64,000 nt of DNA, taken from NCBI GenBank assembly GCA_947427205.1, contig CANEHB010000008.1, forward strand, positions 3,307-67,306. The letters run 5' to 3'. The stretch's first letter is position 1, and each line of letters begins with the position of its first letter. The notes under the pieces are model-generated. The model did not search any database and had not been told where the DNA came from. It was given only the letters and a program-made list of their open reading frames with translations. Positions 10,419 through 21,648 of the stretch are shown one piece after another. The position numbers were made by a program, and so were the translations under genes. Source of the DNA: an uncultured Clostridium sp. GTDB taxonomy: Bacteria > Bacillota > Clostridia > TANB77 > CAG-508.

Positions 10419-11231
10419 ATGATAATTAGCGAACTAAAAAAAGATGCAAAAATTAAATTAACTGGTAGTTATGTAAAAGCTCTTTTAATATACCTACTTT
10501 ATTTTGTTATTATATTCCTAACAACTTTTTTAGGTATATATATAAAAAATGATTTAATATACTCAATTTATCAAATTATAGTTCTTATTTTTACAGTACC
10601 TTTTTCATTTGGAGTAGTGGCATCTATTATGAAAATTACTCGTAATGATGATGTTGGTGTCATAGATTTTATAAAAATAGGATTAAAAAATATTAAAGGT
10701 GTTTGGAAAACTGTTGGAAGAACATTTTTAAAATTAATTATACCTATTATACTTTTAACAGCAAGTTTTGTATTTCTATTTGCTCTATTTATGCAAAACT
10801 TTGTAGATCTTTCTAATAGTACAATTCGAACTGTTACTATTTCAGAGCTTCTGACACCTAACTTTATTATTGCATTTATTTTAGTAATTGTAGCAACTAT
10901 ATATGCTATCTATAAATCACTTTCATATTCATTATCTTATTACATTCTTTTTGATAATCCAGAATTAGATGGAAAAGAAATAGTAGAGAAAAGTAAAAAG
11001 TTAATGAGAAACAATAAACTTAATTTAGTTTTATTAACACTTTCTTTTGTAATTTGGTATATGGTTATTTATTTAATAGGTACTTTTTTATCCTATATTT
11101 TAGGATCTATATCAGTTATAATTACAGCTTTTCTTTCTATTTTATTAGTACCATATGTTACTGGTGCAACAATTTGTTTTTATGAGGAATTACTAAGTTC
11201 TTCTGAAAATAATAATAATAATAATAAATAG
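10419..11231 (+). CDS. Polytopic membrane protein (DUF975-like)
   Basis: 270 aa with about 6 TM segments and a poly-Asn C-terminus. AAGGAGGA RBS upstream. Confidence 0.45.
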   Translation: MIISELKKDAKIKLTGSYVKALLIYLLYFVIIFLTTFLGIYIKNDLIYSIYQIIVLIFTVPFSFGVVASIMKITRNDDVGVIDFIKIGLKNIKGVWKTVGRTFLKLIIPIILLTASFVFLFALFMQNFVDLSNSTIRTVTISELLTPNFIIAFILVIVATIYAIYKSLSYSLSYYILFDNPELDGKEIVEKSKKLMRNNKLNLVLLTLSFVIWYMVIYLIGTFLSYILGSISVIITAFLSILLVPYVTGATICFYEELLSSSENNNNNNK

Positions 11232-11387
11232 AAAAGTTATATATAGTAAATTCTTAATTTATATAGAAGATGTATAATATCCTATTGAAAAATAACTATT
11301 GACAAAACATTTTATTATTAAATAAAAATAGTGAATTAAAAAGCTTTTTCTAATTCACTATTTTTCTATTTAACTCTTTTTATTAAT

Positions 11388-13745
11388 TTATTGTACTGGA
11401 GTTTCTACTGGTACAGGCGCTGCTTCTGTTGGAACTGCTACAGGTCCTCTTCTAATTATTGTTTTCATTGGATTATAAGTATCATTTGATATTACTTCTT
11501 TTGATACAACTGTACCATTTAATCTTTTTTCTATTGATGTTGTAACTTTATATCCAGCATGACCAGCTTGAACTACCACTTGTCTTCCAGGAGCTAATGT
11601 TGGATCATCAATATAAGATGTACCATATGGTATTGATTGTGTAGTTACTGGTAATATTCTTATTTCATATTCATTTTCTTCTGGCATACCATGCATTTTA
11701 AATTCTGCTATTCCATTTTTTACAGATGCTTCAATTTTTATTGGATAAGATCTTGAATTTTTAAACTGAAAATCTATCGCTCCATATACTACTGTAGCAT
11801 CTCTTCCAGCTGCGACATATGAAGTTGTGTATGAGTGATTTCTTCTTTCTACTATTTCTAAATTTGCTAAAAGTACAGTATTATATAGTGTTGAAGAAAT
11901 TTGGCAAATTCCTCCTGCTAATCCATCTACTACTCCACCATCAGCATAAATTTTGGCATCTTTATATCCATCTTCTACTGTTCTTTTTCCAACAACTTTA
12001 TTAAATGAGAATATTTCTCCAGGCATTAAAACTTTCCCATTAATCTTTTCAGCAGCTATTTCTAAATTTGTACTTCTATTTCTGTTACTAGCATCATATT
12101 TAGTGCTAAATGAAGAAATTAAATAAGGAAATGCTTCTGTACCTAAATCATTAATTGTTTTTCCTGCCTTAGTTATTTTTAAAGGAATTGTATATTCATC
12201 TTTTTCTTCAGATGTAATAATATTTTTAGCTTCATCTACAGAAACATTAAAATCAATACCATCTACATCAGCATAAATCTTATATGGATCTGTTTCATAG
12301 TATGCATCTTGAGGTTCTCTGTGAATTTCATTATAAATCTTATCTATATCTATTAAACTAGCTTTTACATCTATTACTGGTATATCAATAATTTGTTTAT
12401 AATCCTCTTTTAATACCTCATTAATATCTCTACTAGAAATAGCATCTAAAATCATACTTCTTAACTTTTCTTTATCAACTTGAATTCCATCTTTACCTTT
12501 ACTTATTATTAGTTCATCCTCTTCTATATAATAGTTTGGTTCAACAACAATCCCAGGTATTTTAGAATTTATATCATCAATAAAGTTGTTTAAAAATTCT
12601 TCATTATACATATAATTAACATCTATATTTTTTTCAAAAAATGGTGTTAATAATAAAGTATAATTATTTACAAATATGTTTCCACTTCTTCCTACATCAT
12701 ATCCTTTTAATAATGCTTCTTCTACATTATATTTATACTCAATTTGTTCTGGACTTAATGTAATTTTATATTCTTCTCCATATTTTAATTCAATTTCTGG
12801 AACAAGCTCAGAATTTATAGAAGAATTAATTTTTTCTCTTGCTTCATCTAATGTTAGTTCAGAAACATCTATATTTCTAATTTTAACTCCTTTAGTAAAA
12901 TTATTACTATCCATATTAAGTAAAGAAAAACAAATTGAAAATCCTAATATTAAAAGTATGAATAAGATAACTAGTGCTATAAAGAACATTTTTATTTTTC
13001 TATTTTTTAGCATTTTTTTTACATAATCTGGTTTTTCATTTGGATTAAGTGACTCTTTTTTCTCTACTTTTTCTACAATCTCTTCTTTATTTTCCTTTGA
13101 ATCTGATTTTTCTTCTTCGTTTGAAACTTTATTTTCTTTTTTAGATTTACCAGTTTTCTTTTTATTTGAGTTTTCTGCAATTTCATTTTCTACTACATCT
13201 TCTTTTTCAGTAATGCTTTTTTTAGTCTGTTTTTTAGTAGTTTTGCTTGCTGTAGAAGTCTTTTTCTTTGTACTAGAACTTTTTTTTGTTTTACTAGAAG
13301 TTTTCTTAGAAGTACTCTTTTTTGTCTCACTTTTATCTGATACATTTTCAAGCTTATCTTTCTCTGATACTTCTTTTTTATCTTCACTTACACTACTTTT
13401 TTTAGAATCTTCATTTTTATTTGTATTCTTCTTACTCTTAGTAGTATTTTTTTTAATCGCTTTATTTTCATCAGAGCCTTCTGTTTTCTTTTTTGAAGTA
13501 TTACTTTTTTTAGTTTCTGCATTTTCTACTTTTTCTTTTGGAGTAGATGTTTTTTTATTAGAAGATTTAGTCTCTTTTTTTACTTCAGATGTTTGATTTT
13601 CTAAATTCTCATTATTATTTACTTTTTCGTTAGTACTTTTTTTAGTTGTACTACTTTTTTTTGTATTACTTGATTTCTTCTTTTTAGCTGCTGCGGACAT
13701 TACAGGTCTTCCTTTCCGTAATAATTTCGTTACTAATCTTATCAT
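11388..13745 (-). CDS. VanW-family protein with long Lys/Ser/Thr-rich N-terminal tail, TM anchor and G5-like C-terminus
   Basis: Conserved VanW block (LMPGEIFSFNKVVGKRT...). The N-terminal ~230 aa are low-complexity K/S/T/E. The true start is probably the internal Met at about 13700, which is preceded by an AAAGGAAGA RBS. Confidence 0.75.
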   Translation of the reverse strand: MIRLVTKLLRKGRPVMSAAAKKKKSSNTKKSSTTKKSTNEKVNNNENLENQTSEVKKETKSSNKKTSTPKEKVENAETKKSNTSKKKTEGSDENKAIKKNTTKSKKNTNKNEDSKKSSVSEDKKEVSEKDKLENVSDKSETKKSTSKKTSSKTKKSSSTKKKTSTASKTTKKQTKKSITEKEDVVENEIAENSNKKKTGKSKKENKVSNEEEKSDSKENKEEIVEKVEKKESLNPNEKPDYVKKMLKNRKIKMFFIALVILFILLILGFSICFSLLNMDSNNFTKGVKIRNIDVSELTLDEAREKINSSINSELVPEIELKYGEEYKITLSPEQIEYKYNVEEALLKGYDVGRSGNIFVNNYTLLLTPFFEKNIDVNYMYNEEFLNNFIDDINSKIPGIVVEPNYYIEEDELIISKGKDGIQVDKEKLRSMILDAISSRDINEVLKEDYKQIIDIPVIDVKASLIDIDKIYNEIHREPQDAYYETDPYKIYADVDGIDFNVSVDEAKNIITSEEKDEYTIPLKITKAGKTINDLGTEAFPYLISSFSTKYDASNRNRSTNLEIAAEKINGKVLMPGEIFSFNKVVGKRTVEDGYKDAKIYADGGVVDGLAGGICQISSTLYNTVLLANLEIVERRNHSYTTSYVAAGRDATVVYGAIDFQFKNSRSYPIKIEASVKNGIAEFKMHGMPEENEYEIRILPVTTQSIPYGTSYIDDPTLAPGRQVVVQAGHAGYKVTTSIEKRLNGTVVSKEVISNDTYNPMKTIIRRGPVAVPTEAAPVPVETPVQ

Positions 13746-13897
13746 ATGTTGATTTTTTCTGCAATATTTTTTTTACCTATAGACAATAAAAAAAATTATA
13801 TATATAATAACTTAATAAATATTGTATTCATATAGATATGTTTATATTATTTATTTTTATTTTTTTATTATATAGAATAAGTGAGGTACTAAAAAAT

Positions 13898-14464
13898 ATG
13901 ATAGGAAATATGATTTCAAAAATAAGAAAAGAAAAAGGAATAACTAAAACACAACTTGCAAATCAAACTAAAATTAACATAGGACATTTAACTCATATTG
14001 AAAAAGGTGACAGAAACCCAAGTCATAAAGCTTTAAAATCAATATGCTATGCTCTTAATATTCCTTATCAGCAATTATTGTATACATATGACAAAACTCT
14101 TTCAGAAGAACAAATTGAATATAAATATATAGATCATATATCATATAATCAAGTTCCTGCAATTTCAAAAATTGATGAATATATTGATTGTCCATATGAC
14201 TTTTCAAATGCATCTTTTGCTTATAAAGTTCCTGATGATGCAATGGCACCAATAATAAAAGAAGGATCTTATGCTTTTGTCGAAATTAATGGACTTTTAG
14301 ATAATAGAGCTATTGGGCTTTTCAAATTAAATGACGAATACATTATTCGTAGACTTATGTATAAAAAAGACAAATTCGTTCTACGTGCTGATAATAAAGA
14401 CGTTAGAGATATTGTAGTTAATTCTAAAGATAATTTTCAAATCATAGGAAGAGTATATATTTAA
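13898..14464 (+). CDS. XRE-family HTH repressor with C-terminal S24 (LexA/CI-like) peptidase domain
   Basis: HTH sequence MISKIRKEKGITKTQLANQ, with an S24 fold C-terminal. The ORF track begins at 13838, but the start at 13898 follows an AAGTGAGGT RBS. Confidence 0.65.
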   Translation: MIGNMISKIRKEKGITKTQLANQTKINIGHLTHIEKGDRNPSHKALKSICYALNIPYQQLLYTYDKTLSEEQIEYKYIDHISYNQVPAISKIDEYIDCPYDFSNASFAYKVPDDAMAPIIKEGSYAFVEINGLLDNRAIGLFKLNDEYIIRRLMYKKDKFVLRADNKDVRDIVVNSKDNFQIIGRVYI

Positions 14465-14583
14465 TAAAATTTTACATTCTTATTACAAAAATATGTACTT
14501 TTTGTAATATTTTAAAAGTTACTTGAATAAAAACACCTTTAATACTATAATAATTCTAGTCACATACTTAAGAGGAGTAATTT

Positions 14584-15045
14584 ATGGAATTAGTAAAAAA
14601 CATATTCTTCAATACTGATAAATTAACCCCTAATACCACTGTAAAAATATCATATACAGGAAAATTTTTCCAAGATGGTTCAACAAATACATATATTCAT
14701 TATGGATTTGGAAATGAGTGGGAAGGCCTAGTAGATGCCGAAATGGTAAAAACAGAACTTGGATTTCAGATTGAAGTTGATTTAATAGATAAAGAAACAT
14801 TTAATTTTTGTATAAAAAATGAAAAAGATGAATGGGATAACAACGGTGGAACAAATTATATTTTTCAAATAGAACATCCTGAAACATCTTTATTAGTTAT
14901 AGATAACCTAGGAAAAAAGCCTTCAAAAAGGCTACGTAAATCATACATATTAACTAAAAAGGTAAAACTTGCAATTTATAAAATGCTTATATATATACCT
15001 AAATTAATTACAGGAAACTATAAGAAAAAGTCAGAAGAAATTTAA
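14584..15045 (+). CDS. Hypothetical protein (possible carbohydrate-binding beta-sandwich)
   Basis: 153-aa ORF with an AAGAGGAG RBS and aromatic or Gly-rich beta-strand character. Confidence 0.35.
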   Translation: MELVKNIFFNTDKLTPNTTVKISYTGKFFQDGSTNTYIHYGFGNEWEGLVDAEMVKTELGFQIEVDLIDKETFNFCIKNEKDEWDNNGGTNYIFQIEHPETSLLVIDNLGKKPSKRLRKSYILTKKVKLAIYKMLIYIPKLITGNYKKKSEEI

Positions 15046-15054
15046 AATAGAAAA

Positions 15055-15086
15055 CAAAAAAGAGGATTAAAATCCTCTTTTTTGTT
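15055..15086. terminator. Bidirectional rho-independent terminator
   Basis: AGAGGATT-AA-AATCCTCT stem flanked by an A-run and a T-run. Sits between convergent genes. Confidence 0.6.
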
Positions 15087-15130
15087 CAATTATAAAATTT
15101 TAACCTAATATTTATAAAAAGTTTATGTAT

Positions 15131-16186
15131 TTATCTTTCTTCTTTCTTAGATTTTATGTTCAACACTTTTTCTATTTCTTCATCTGCTATAATATCATAA
15201 TCATCTAGTTCAACATTATATAAAACTTGCCCTACATATCCACCATCTTTAATTTTTTGTTTTAATCTTTTTTCATTTATTAATCTCTCTGATATTGCTT
15301 TACAATATATTGAATTATTTTTTATTTTTTTGAAATCTATATCTTCACTATATATTATATTCATTGTATCTAAGTAATCTGAAAAAATAAAATATTGATT
15401 TAAAGGTTTACCTTTAACTATCATTTTACCTATTTCTTCAATCCAAATATCATAATCTTCCATGTCTATTGTAACATTTCTTTCGCTCTTATACCTTATA
15501 TCACCTACATCAATCGATATATCAAAATTTTCTGATGAATCCTTATCTGCTATTCTATAATATCTTTTTCCATTTTTAATCGCACCTTCTATATGTCCAA
15601 TATAGCTATTATAATGTATTTGTGATTGATAGATATTTTCCCTACTCAATAAATTATTTACACAAAAATCACAATATTCTGGTGTTTTTAATAATTCCTC
15701 TAAATTGATCCTTCCATATACATCATCTACAATAGTCATATCTTTATAATATTGATTTACTCTATATTTATATATTGTTTGATTTTCTGTTAAATATCTA
15801 TCCAATGGGATTATTTCTACTTTACTGCCATCTCTTCTTTGAAAAACATAATTATTTGTTCGTTCTTTTTCTTCATGTGTTTCATAACTTCTATAAAATG
15901 TTGATTTTCTTTCTTTTCTAGTAGTATTACTATCTTCTCTCTCATATCTCTTTTTTAATTCCGAATAAAGTCTTCTGTTATTTTCTTCTTTTAGAACTGT
16001 ATAGGCTTCAGATACTTTTTTAAAATTACTTTCAGCTTCTTTATCACCTATTTTTCCATCTGGATGATATTTTTTTGCAGCAATTCTATATGCCTTCTTC
16101 AATTTTGCTTCATCCACATTTTCGTCTACACCTAAAATATCATAATATCCTTTTAACTTTTCATATAATTCTCTTTCACTAAACAT
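15131..16186 (-). CDS. J-domain (DnaJ-like) protein with unknown C-terminal domain
   Basis: N-terminal DYYDILGV...KKYHPD J-domain signature. The remaining ~260 aa are uncharacterised. Confidence 0.7.
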   Translation of the reverse strand: MFSERELYEKLKGYYDILGVDENVDEAKLKKAYRIAAKKYHPDGKIGDKEAESNFKKVSEAYTVLKEENNRRLYSELKKRYEREDSNTTRKERKSTFYRSYETHEEKERTNNYVFQRRDGSKVEIIPLDRYLTENQTIYKYRVNQYYKDMTIVDDVYGRINLEELLKTPEYCDFCVNNLLSRENIYQSQIHYNSYIGHIEGAIKNGKRYYRIADKDSSENFDISIDVGDIRYKSERNVTIDMEDYDIWIEEIGKMIVKGKPLNQYFIFSDYLDTMNIIYSEDIDFKKIKNNSIYCKAISERLINEKRLKQKIKDGGYVGQVLYNVELDDYDIIADEEIEKVLNIKSKKEER

Positions 16187-16216
16187 TTAAACACACTTTC
16201 ATAAATAAAATCTTTA

Positions 16217-16948
16217 TTATATAATCACTAAACCACCATTTGGAGATATTACTTGACCTGTTGTAAATTCATCTTCAATAAGCCATTTAACACATCTTGT
16301 AATATCTATTGGTTGTCCTATTTTCATAAGTGGTGTTTCTTCTACAATTTGATTCCAAACCTCTTCACCTAAATCTTTATTCATTTCTGTATCAATCGCA
16401 CCAGGCGCTACAGAATTTACTCTTATATTAGATGGTCCAAGTTCTTTTGCTAAAGCTTTTGTCATACCATCAACACCAGCTTTTGCTATAGAATAATGTA
16501 CCTCGCACGCCCCACCTGTAAGACCATATATAGAAGAAATATTTATAATACAACCACTATGCTCTTTAATCATATATTTAACCACTTCTTGTGTTGTATA
16601 AAAAACTGAATATAAATTAGTTTTCATCATTTTATCAAAATCTTCTTCAGTAATATTTGTAAATAATTCCTCTTGAGCAATACCTGCATTATTAATTAGT
16701 ACATCAATTTTTTTATATTTTTGAATTGCAAAATTAATTAAATTTTCTACTTCACTTTTTATAGAAACATTAGCTTTAAAAATATCTATATCAATATCTT
16801 GCTTTCTTAATTCAGTTTGCAAACTTTTAGCTGCCTCTTCTGATCTATTATAATTTGCTATAATTTTATATCCACTCAAAGCAAGATTATAAGCCATATT
16901 TCTTCCTATCCCTCTACTTGCACCTGTTATTACAACAACTTTACTCAT
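16217..16948 (-). CDS. Short-chain dehydrogenase/reductase (3-oxoacyl-ACP reductase FabG-like)
   Basis: TGASRGIGR cofactor motif, an NNAG motif, and the catalytic YSIAK (YxxxK). Confidence 0.8.
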   Translation of the reverse strand: MSKVVVITGASRGIGRNMAYNLALSGYKIIANYNRSEEAAKSLQTELRKQDIDIDIFKANVSIKSEVENLINFAIQKYKKIDVLINNAGIAQEELFTNITEEDFDKMMKTNLYSVFYTTQEVVKYMIKEHSGCIINISSIYGLTGGACEVHYSIAKAGVDGMTKALAKELGPSNIRVNSVAPGAIDTEMNKDLGEEVWNQIVEETPLMKIGQPIDITRCVKWLIEDEFTTGQVISPNGGLVII

Positions 16949-17110
16949 TACATTTACTACCTCCTATGTCCTTTTGGGACGTTTTGCTGAGGCTACCAGA
17001 TTTTAATTCTTACAGCCTCAGTATTCAGAACGCAAATGCATTCTGCATATATATAATCTGAACATTTCTGTCCATACTTATACACATGTTAATACAACTA
17101 TACATATATT

Positions 17111-18724
17111 TTAATATGGCAATGGTGGATCTTCACTTAATTTAACAACTACTATTCCATCCATAACTTTTACAGAATTTGGTGATGGGAAAATTTCCAT
17201 CTTCTTATATTCTTCTCCTGTAACAATAGCTCTATAAACATTTTCATTACAAAAAGTAATATCCATTCCATAAAAAATTCTTATAAAACTTTGCCATGTT
17301 CCAAGCTGACCACCATATGTACCATGAAAAACCACATTATTAACAATAGAACCTATTGTATAACTATATATATTTGAAGTTCTTGGATAATTATTATTTC
17401 CTACAATTCCACCAAATAATATAGGTGTATCTTTTGTATAATTAGTAGTATTTTCTATTCTATCCATAATACGCATTGTAGTTGAATACGCTTGGTTATA
17501 TGTAAGTTTTAAAGTGGCATAAGAAGTATTATCTGCCATATAATATGTCCACATTATACATATACATGAAATAATAGCAAGCCACTTTATCAAAATACCT
17601 TTATTTTCAATTTCAAATATAGCAAATGCAAAAGGTATCATTAAAATCATTTGTACTGCTGTAAGAGCATACATTGCTGATTCATTAACTAATATATCTA
17701 TTATATTTAAACTAATTGGTAATATTATTAATCCTAATATTACTAATGCAATCTTAATTATTTTATCTTTTTTATCTCCTTTAATAGAGAACATTGCTAT
17801 TATACTTGAAATTGTAAAAGCTATAAAAAATATAAAATAATAAATCTCCCTTTTATAATTTGAATTATACACTATTTCATCCCCAAAAAAGAACATTGCA
17901 AAATCCTTATATGTTTGAATAATAGAAAATTTTAAATTTAATAAAATCTCTAAAATACTTATATTTTCCAGTCCTTTATATTGTGCAAACTCTAATCTGG
18001 AGAATTTTAAAAGAATTATTGTTACAACATAATACATTACTCCACCAATGATAACTGATAAAGCTGTTATTAGTATACTTTTGAAAATTTCTTTTAAATT
18101 TTTCTCATTTCTTAATATGTAAATTATTGAAATCATTAAGCAAAGTCCTATTGTAATTCCTATATAACTTTGATAGATACTTAACGAAAACATAAAGCAT
18201 ATACTTGCTAATATAAATCCTAATTTCTTATTTTTAAACTTGTACAAAAATAAAATTACAAGTGTTGACAGCATCATATTAAAGCAATATGCAAAAGAAG
18301 TATATATGTATAGAACTGTTGCTGTAAATGTTGGCGTCAAAACCAACATTGCAGAAGTAAATATTATTGATATTTTACTTTTTAAATCAAACAGTTCAAC
18401 TAAAATAACAGCTGTTACTGCCATAGTTATTATACATGATATGGTTGAAATTGTTGGTATTGCAATAAAACTATTTAATCTTTCAATAAGTTCTATTCCC
18501 CATCTTCCAAGTGTAAGCTCCCATGTTCCAGCTCTTGAATATGCTATTGAATTCCAAAGACCATCTTGACTCATAATCATTTCTGTTATCATTGTTAGAT
18601 GAGTTATTATCCCAACTAAAATTACTGTTATAAAAGCTATTCTTTTTCTAAAATCAAACCATTTCAAAAATTTGTCTAACATTTCATCTGGTGTATAAAT
18701 TTTTGGCTTTTTTATATTTATCAT
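17111..18724 (-). CDS. Large polytopic membrane protein (glycosyltransferase-like topology)
   Basis: 537 aa with at least 10 TM segments and a C-terminal soluble domain. Family not recognised. Confidence 0.45.
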   Translation of the reverse strand: MINIKKPKIYTPDEMLDKFLKWFDFRKRIAFITVILVGIITHLTMITEMIMSQDGLWNSIAYSRAGTWELTLGRWGIELIERLNSFIAIPTISTISCIITMAVTAVILVELFDLKSKISIIFTSAMLVLTPTFTATVLYIYTSFAYCFNMMLSTLVILFLYKFKNKKLGFILASICFMFSLSIYQSYIGITIGLCLMISIIYILRNEKNLKEIFKSILITALSVIIGGVMYYVVTIILLKFSRLEFAQYKGLENISILEILLNLKFSIIQTYKDFAMFFFGDEIVYNSNYKREIYYFIFFIAFTISSIIAMFSIKGDKKDKIIKIALVILGLIILPISLNIIDILVNESAMYALTAVQMILMIPFAFAIFEIENKGILIKWLAIISCICIMWTYYMADNTSYATLKLTYNQAYSTTMRIMDRIENTTNYTKDTPILFGGIVGNNNYPRTSNIYSYTIGSIVNNVVFHGTYGGQLGTWQSFIRIFYGMDITFCNENVYRAIVTGEEYKKMEIFPSPNSVKVMDGIVVVKLSEDPPLPY

Positions 18725-18807
18725 AAATTTAGTTCTCCCCTAGGTTAATATTTACCTACAATTATTATAAGAGCAAGATGCACTAATGTCAATAAACTTA
18801 CTGCTTT

Positions 18808-20220
18808 TTATTCTTTCAAGTCCTTTTGACCTGGGCCATCTATTAAATCTCCGTTTTTCTCAAATCTACTTCCGTGGCAAGGGCAATCCCAAGTATTTGT
18901 AGTCTTATTAAATTCTAGCTCACATCCTAAATGCGTACAATATCTTTTACCATTTCTTTTTACAAATTTTTCTTTCACTAATGAATTATATGTGTCTTTA
19001 ATCATATTCTTCATTTCTTCTTTATTTTTTATAGGCTTCAACCTATTAGAATTAAATATTACAGAATATTTATCACTTTGATTTAAAATTTTATTAGTAA
19101 TAATATTTGCAGCAATATTAGAAGTTGTCATTCCCCATTTTTTGAATCCTGTTGCAACATACATATTTTTAACTAATATTGAGTACCTTCCTATATATGG
19201 TATTTTATCTAAACTAATACAATCTTCTGCTGTCCACTTATACATAATATTATATTCACCAAAAATATTTTTAAGGTTATCTTCTAAAAATTTATAATTC
19301 TGAGCATTATCACAATTTATTCCTGTTTTACTACCATTTCCAGCAACAAACAAATATCTCTTACCATTATCACATAATACACTTCTATATGAAATAGCTG
19401 GAGTATCTGCTGATAAATACATTCCTAAATTTTCAATATCTTTATTAACTTCTACGCACATTACATATTCTAACTCTTGATAATTCTTTACAAAAAACAT
19501 TCCTGGAAAATTAAAAATTGGATATCTAGTTGCTACTATAACTTTATCTGCTAGTACTTTATACACCCCTGTTTTTGTACTTACAAGTACTTCATATTTT
19601 CCATCCACTTTTTTATATCCTGTTACTTGAGAATTTTCATATATTTTAGCACCATTTTTTACCATTACTTTGCATAAACCATCTAAATATTTTACAGGAT
19701 TAAATTGTGCTTGATCTTTAGTTTTAATTGCTCCTTGAATATTTATTGGTAATTCTATATTCTTTTCAAAAGAAGCTTTTAACCCAAGCTGTTTGCATAT
19801 ATTTACTTCATCTTCTATATCTTTATATTTCTGAGGCATACATGTATAAATATATGAATCTCTTTTTTCAAAATCACAAGATATATTATTATCTTTTATT
19901 ATTTCTTCTACATTTTCTAAAGCTTCCAAATTTGCTTTTAAATATTTTTCAGTAACTTTAACACCATAATTATCTAAAAGATATTTATAAAACAATCCAT
20001 GTTGAACACTTACTTTTCCTGTAGTATGACCTGTAGTTTTAGATGCTATAAAATCCTTTTCTATTACAGTTACATCTACCCCCTTATTAGAAAGATAATA
20101 TGCAGATGTTATTCCTGTAATTCCACCACCAATAATACATACTTCTGTAGTAATATTTTCATTTAAACTTTCATAACTTTCTAAATTAAATTTATCTATC
20201 CAAAATGATTTATTTTCCAT
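18808..20220 (-). CDS. FAD-dependent oxidoreductase fused to C-terminal Rieske [2Fe-2S] domain
   Basis: N-terminal GGGITG dinucleotide-binding motif. C-terminal CTHLGC...CPCHGSRF Rieske ligands. Confidence 0.75.
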   Translation of the reverse strand: MENKSFWIDKFNLESYESLNENITTEVCIIGGGITGITSAYYLSNKGVDVTVIEKDFIASKTTGHTTGKVSVQHGLFYKYLLDNYGVKVTEKYLKANLEALENVEEIIKDNNISCDFEKRDSYIYTCMPQKYKDIEDEVNICKQLGLKASFEKNIELPINIQGAIKTKDQAQFNPVKYLDGLCKVMVKNGAKIYENSQVTGYKKVDGKYEVLVSTKTGVYKVLADKVIVATRYPIFNFPGMFFVKNYQELEYVMCVEVNKDIENLGMYLSADTPAISYRSVLCDNGKRYLFVAGNGSKTGINCDNAQNYKFLEDNLKNIFGEYNIMYKWTAEDCISLDKIPYIGRYSILVKNMYVATGFKKWGMTTSNIAANIITNKILNQSDKYSVIFNSNRLKPIKNKEEMKNMIKDTYNSLVKEKFVKRNGKRYCTHLGCELEFNKTTNTWDCPCHGSRFEKNGDLIDGPGQKDLKE

Positions 20221-20291
20221 AAAAAAATTCTCCTATCATAGGTATTATTACCTATAATAGGAAAATTATGTGTTTTTATCTTTTTTATCTA

Positions 20292-21455
20292 TTATACTTT
20301 ATCTTTATATTTTCTAAAATTTATTTTAGTACAAACTAGTTCATATGCTGTTGAACTCATTTGTCCAATAATAGTACAAAATGGAGTTAGCGCAAATACT
20401 GATACTAAAGTTCTAATTATATAAGCAATTGTTACATTTAATGTCATTTTGAAAGCTGAGTCTTCTAATTGTAAAAAACAAATTTTTATTTCTATAAATG
20501 GTGCTAACATAAAATCTAATATGTGTAAAGAAATAAATATACTTATAATAGTAAAATCTGGATTATAAAATCTATAGGCAATTAAACTCATTGCTAATAC
20601 AGATAAAATAAGCAAAGAATACAATTTAATTGCATTTCTCAAATGTTCATTATAATTAAACTTTTTCTTTGCTATATCCACTTTTGCAACTGTTTTTACT
20701 GCATCAGTGATATCCCATTGCATATCAGTTACTAAGGTAGCAAATGTAATTGCTATTATATAATTTTCACCATATTCAAAAGAATTACTAAATCCAAACA
20801 AATACATAATAAAAAATAAAAAGCTTACACTAAATGATACAGAATTATATTTAAAACAATTCTTTAGATTAATTTTGAAATCAATTTTTTCAACATTTTT
20901 AATAATTAAAATAACATCTATAATAAATATTGTAACTCCCGCTATTATCGCTGTAATAACTTGATTTTTAGTAATTATTGCTGTTCCTATTAAAGTTACA
21001 AAATTTACAACATTAAATAGTACTGCAATCTTATTTGCTTTAGTATTTTCCTCTTTATAATAAAGTTTTGTTAGTATCAATTGCAAAATTGTCTGACAAA
21101 AAATTTGAAATATTGAATATATGCAAAAGTTCTTATAAATCGTATTATCCATGTTCATAAAATTTATATATTTCTCATTATTAAAAATTATAAAACCATA
21201 AACTAATATACTAAAAGTAATTCCATAAAAAATACCATTATCTGCTGCATTTTTATTCTTATCTTTATAAACAGTAATATTAGCCCCTGCACCAAATATA
21301 GCATTAATCATTCCCATCAAACACTGTAATGGATAAGTTAAAGTAAATATATTAATTAAATTACTATCTAATATAATACCTAATAAAAACCATGATATTA
21401 TTGGAACTATTGATGTAACTAATATATCAAAACTTATTTTAAATAATCGTTTCAT
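20292..21455 (-). CDS. Polytopic membrane protein (flippase or polysaccharide-biosynthesis-like)
   Basis: 387 aa with about 10-12 TM segments. Confidence 0.4.
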   Translation of the reverse strand: MKRLFKISFDILVTSIVPIISWFLLGIILDSNLINIFTLTYPLQCLMGMINAIFGAGANITVYKDKNKNAADNGIFYGITFSILVYGFIIFNNEKYINFMNMDNTIYKNFCIYSIFQIFCQTILQLILTKLYYKEENTKANKIAVLFNVVNFVTLIGTAIITKNQVITAIIAGVTIFIIDVILIIKNVEKIDFKINLKNCFKYNSVSFSVSFLFFIMYLFGFSNSFEYGENYIIAITFATLVTDMQWDITDAVKTVAKVDIAKKKFNYNEHLRNAIKLYSLLILSVLAMSLIAYRFYNPDFTIISIFISLHILDFMLAPFIEIKICFLQLEDSAFKMTLNVTIAYIIRTLVSVFALTPFCTIIGQMSSTAYELVCTKINFRKYKDKV

Positions 21456-21648
21456 TTCTTAATCCTATTCTTAATATAATATCTTAATTTTTATATCACA
21501 AAATATTTATATTCTCAATATTTTATTATACTTATTTTATATAAATCATTATCCTACAGGTTGAACTTTTTTAAAAATTCTTTGTATACTATATTATTTT
21601 AGCAAAAAAATAAACCACAGAAAAATATATTATTTCTCATGGTTTGCT

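Noticed and set aside
11200-11225. (AAT)n microsatellite
   Set aside because: It encodes the poly-Asn C-terminus of the 10419..11231 membrane protein. It may be slippage-prone but is not an independent feature.
13100-13700. Repetitive AAG/AAA/TCT-rich DNA considered as a possible tandem-repeat or CRISPR-like array
   Set aside because: It is the coding sequence for the Lys/Ser/Thr-rich low-complexity N-terminal tail of the VanW protein. It has no regular repeat-spacer periodicity.
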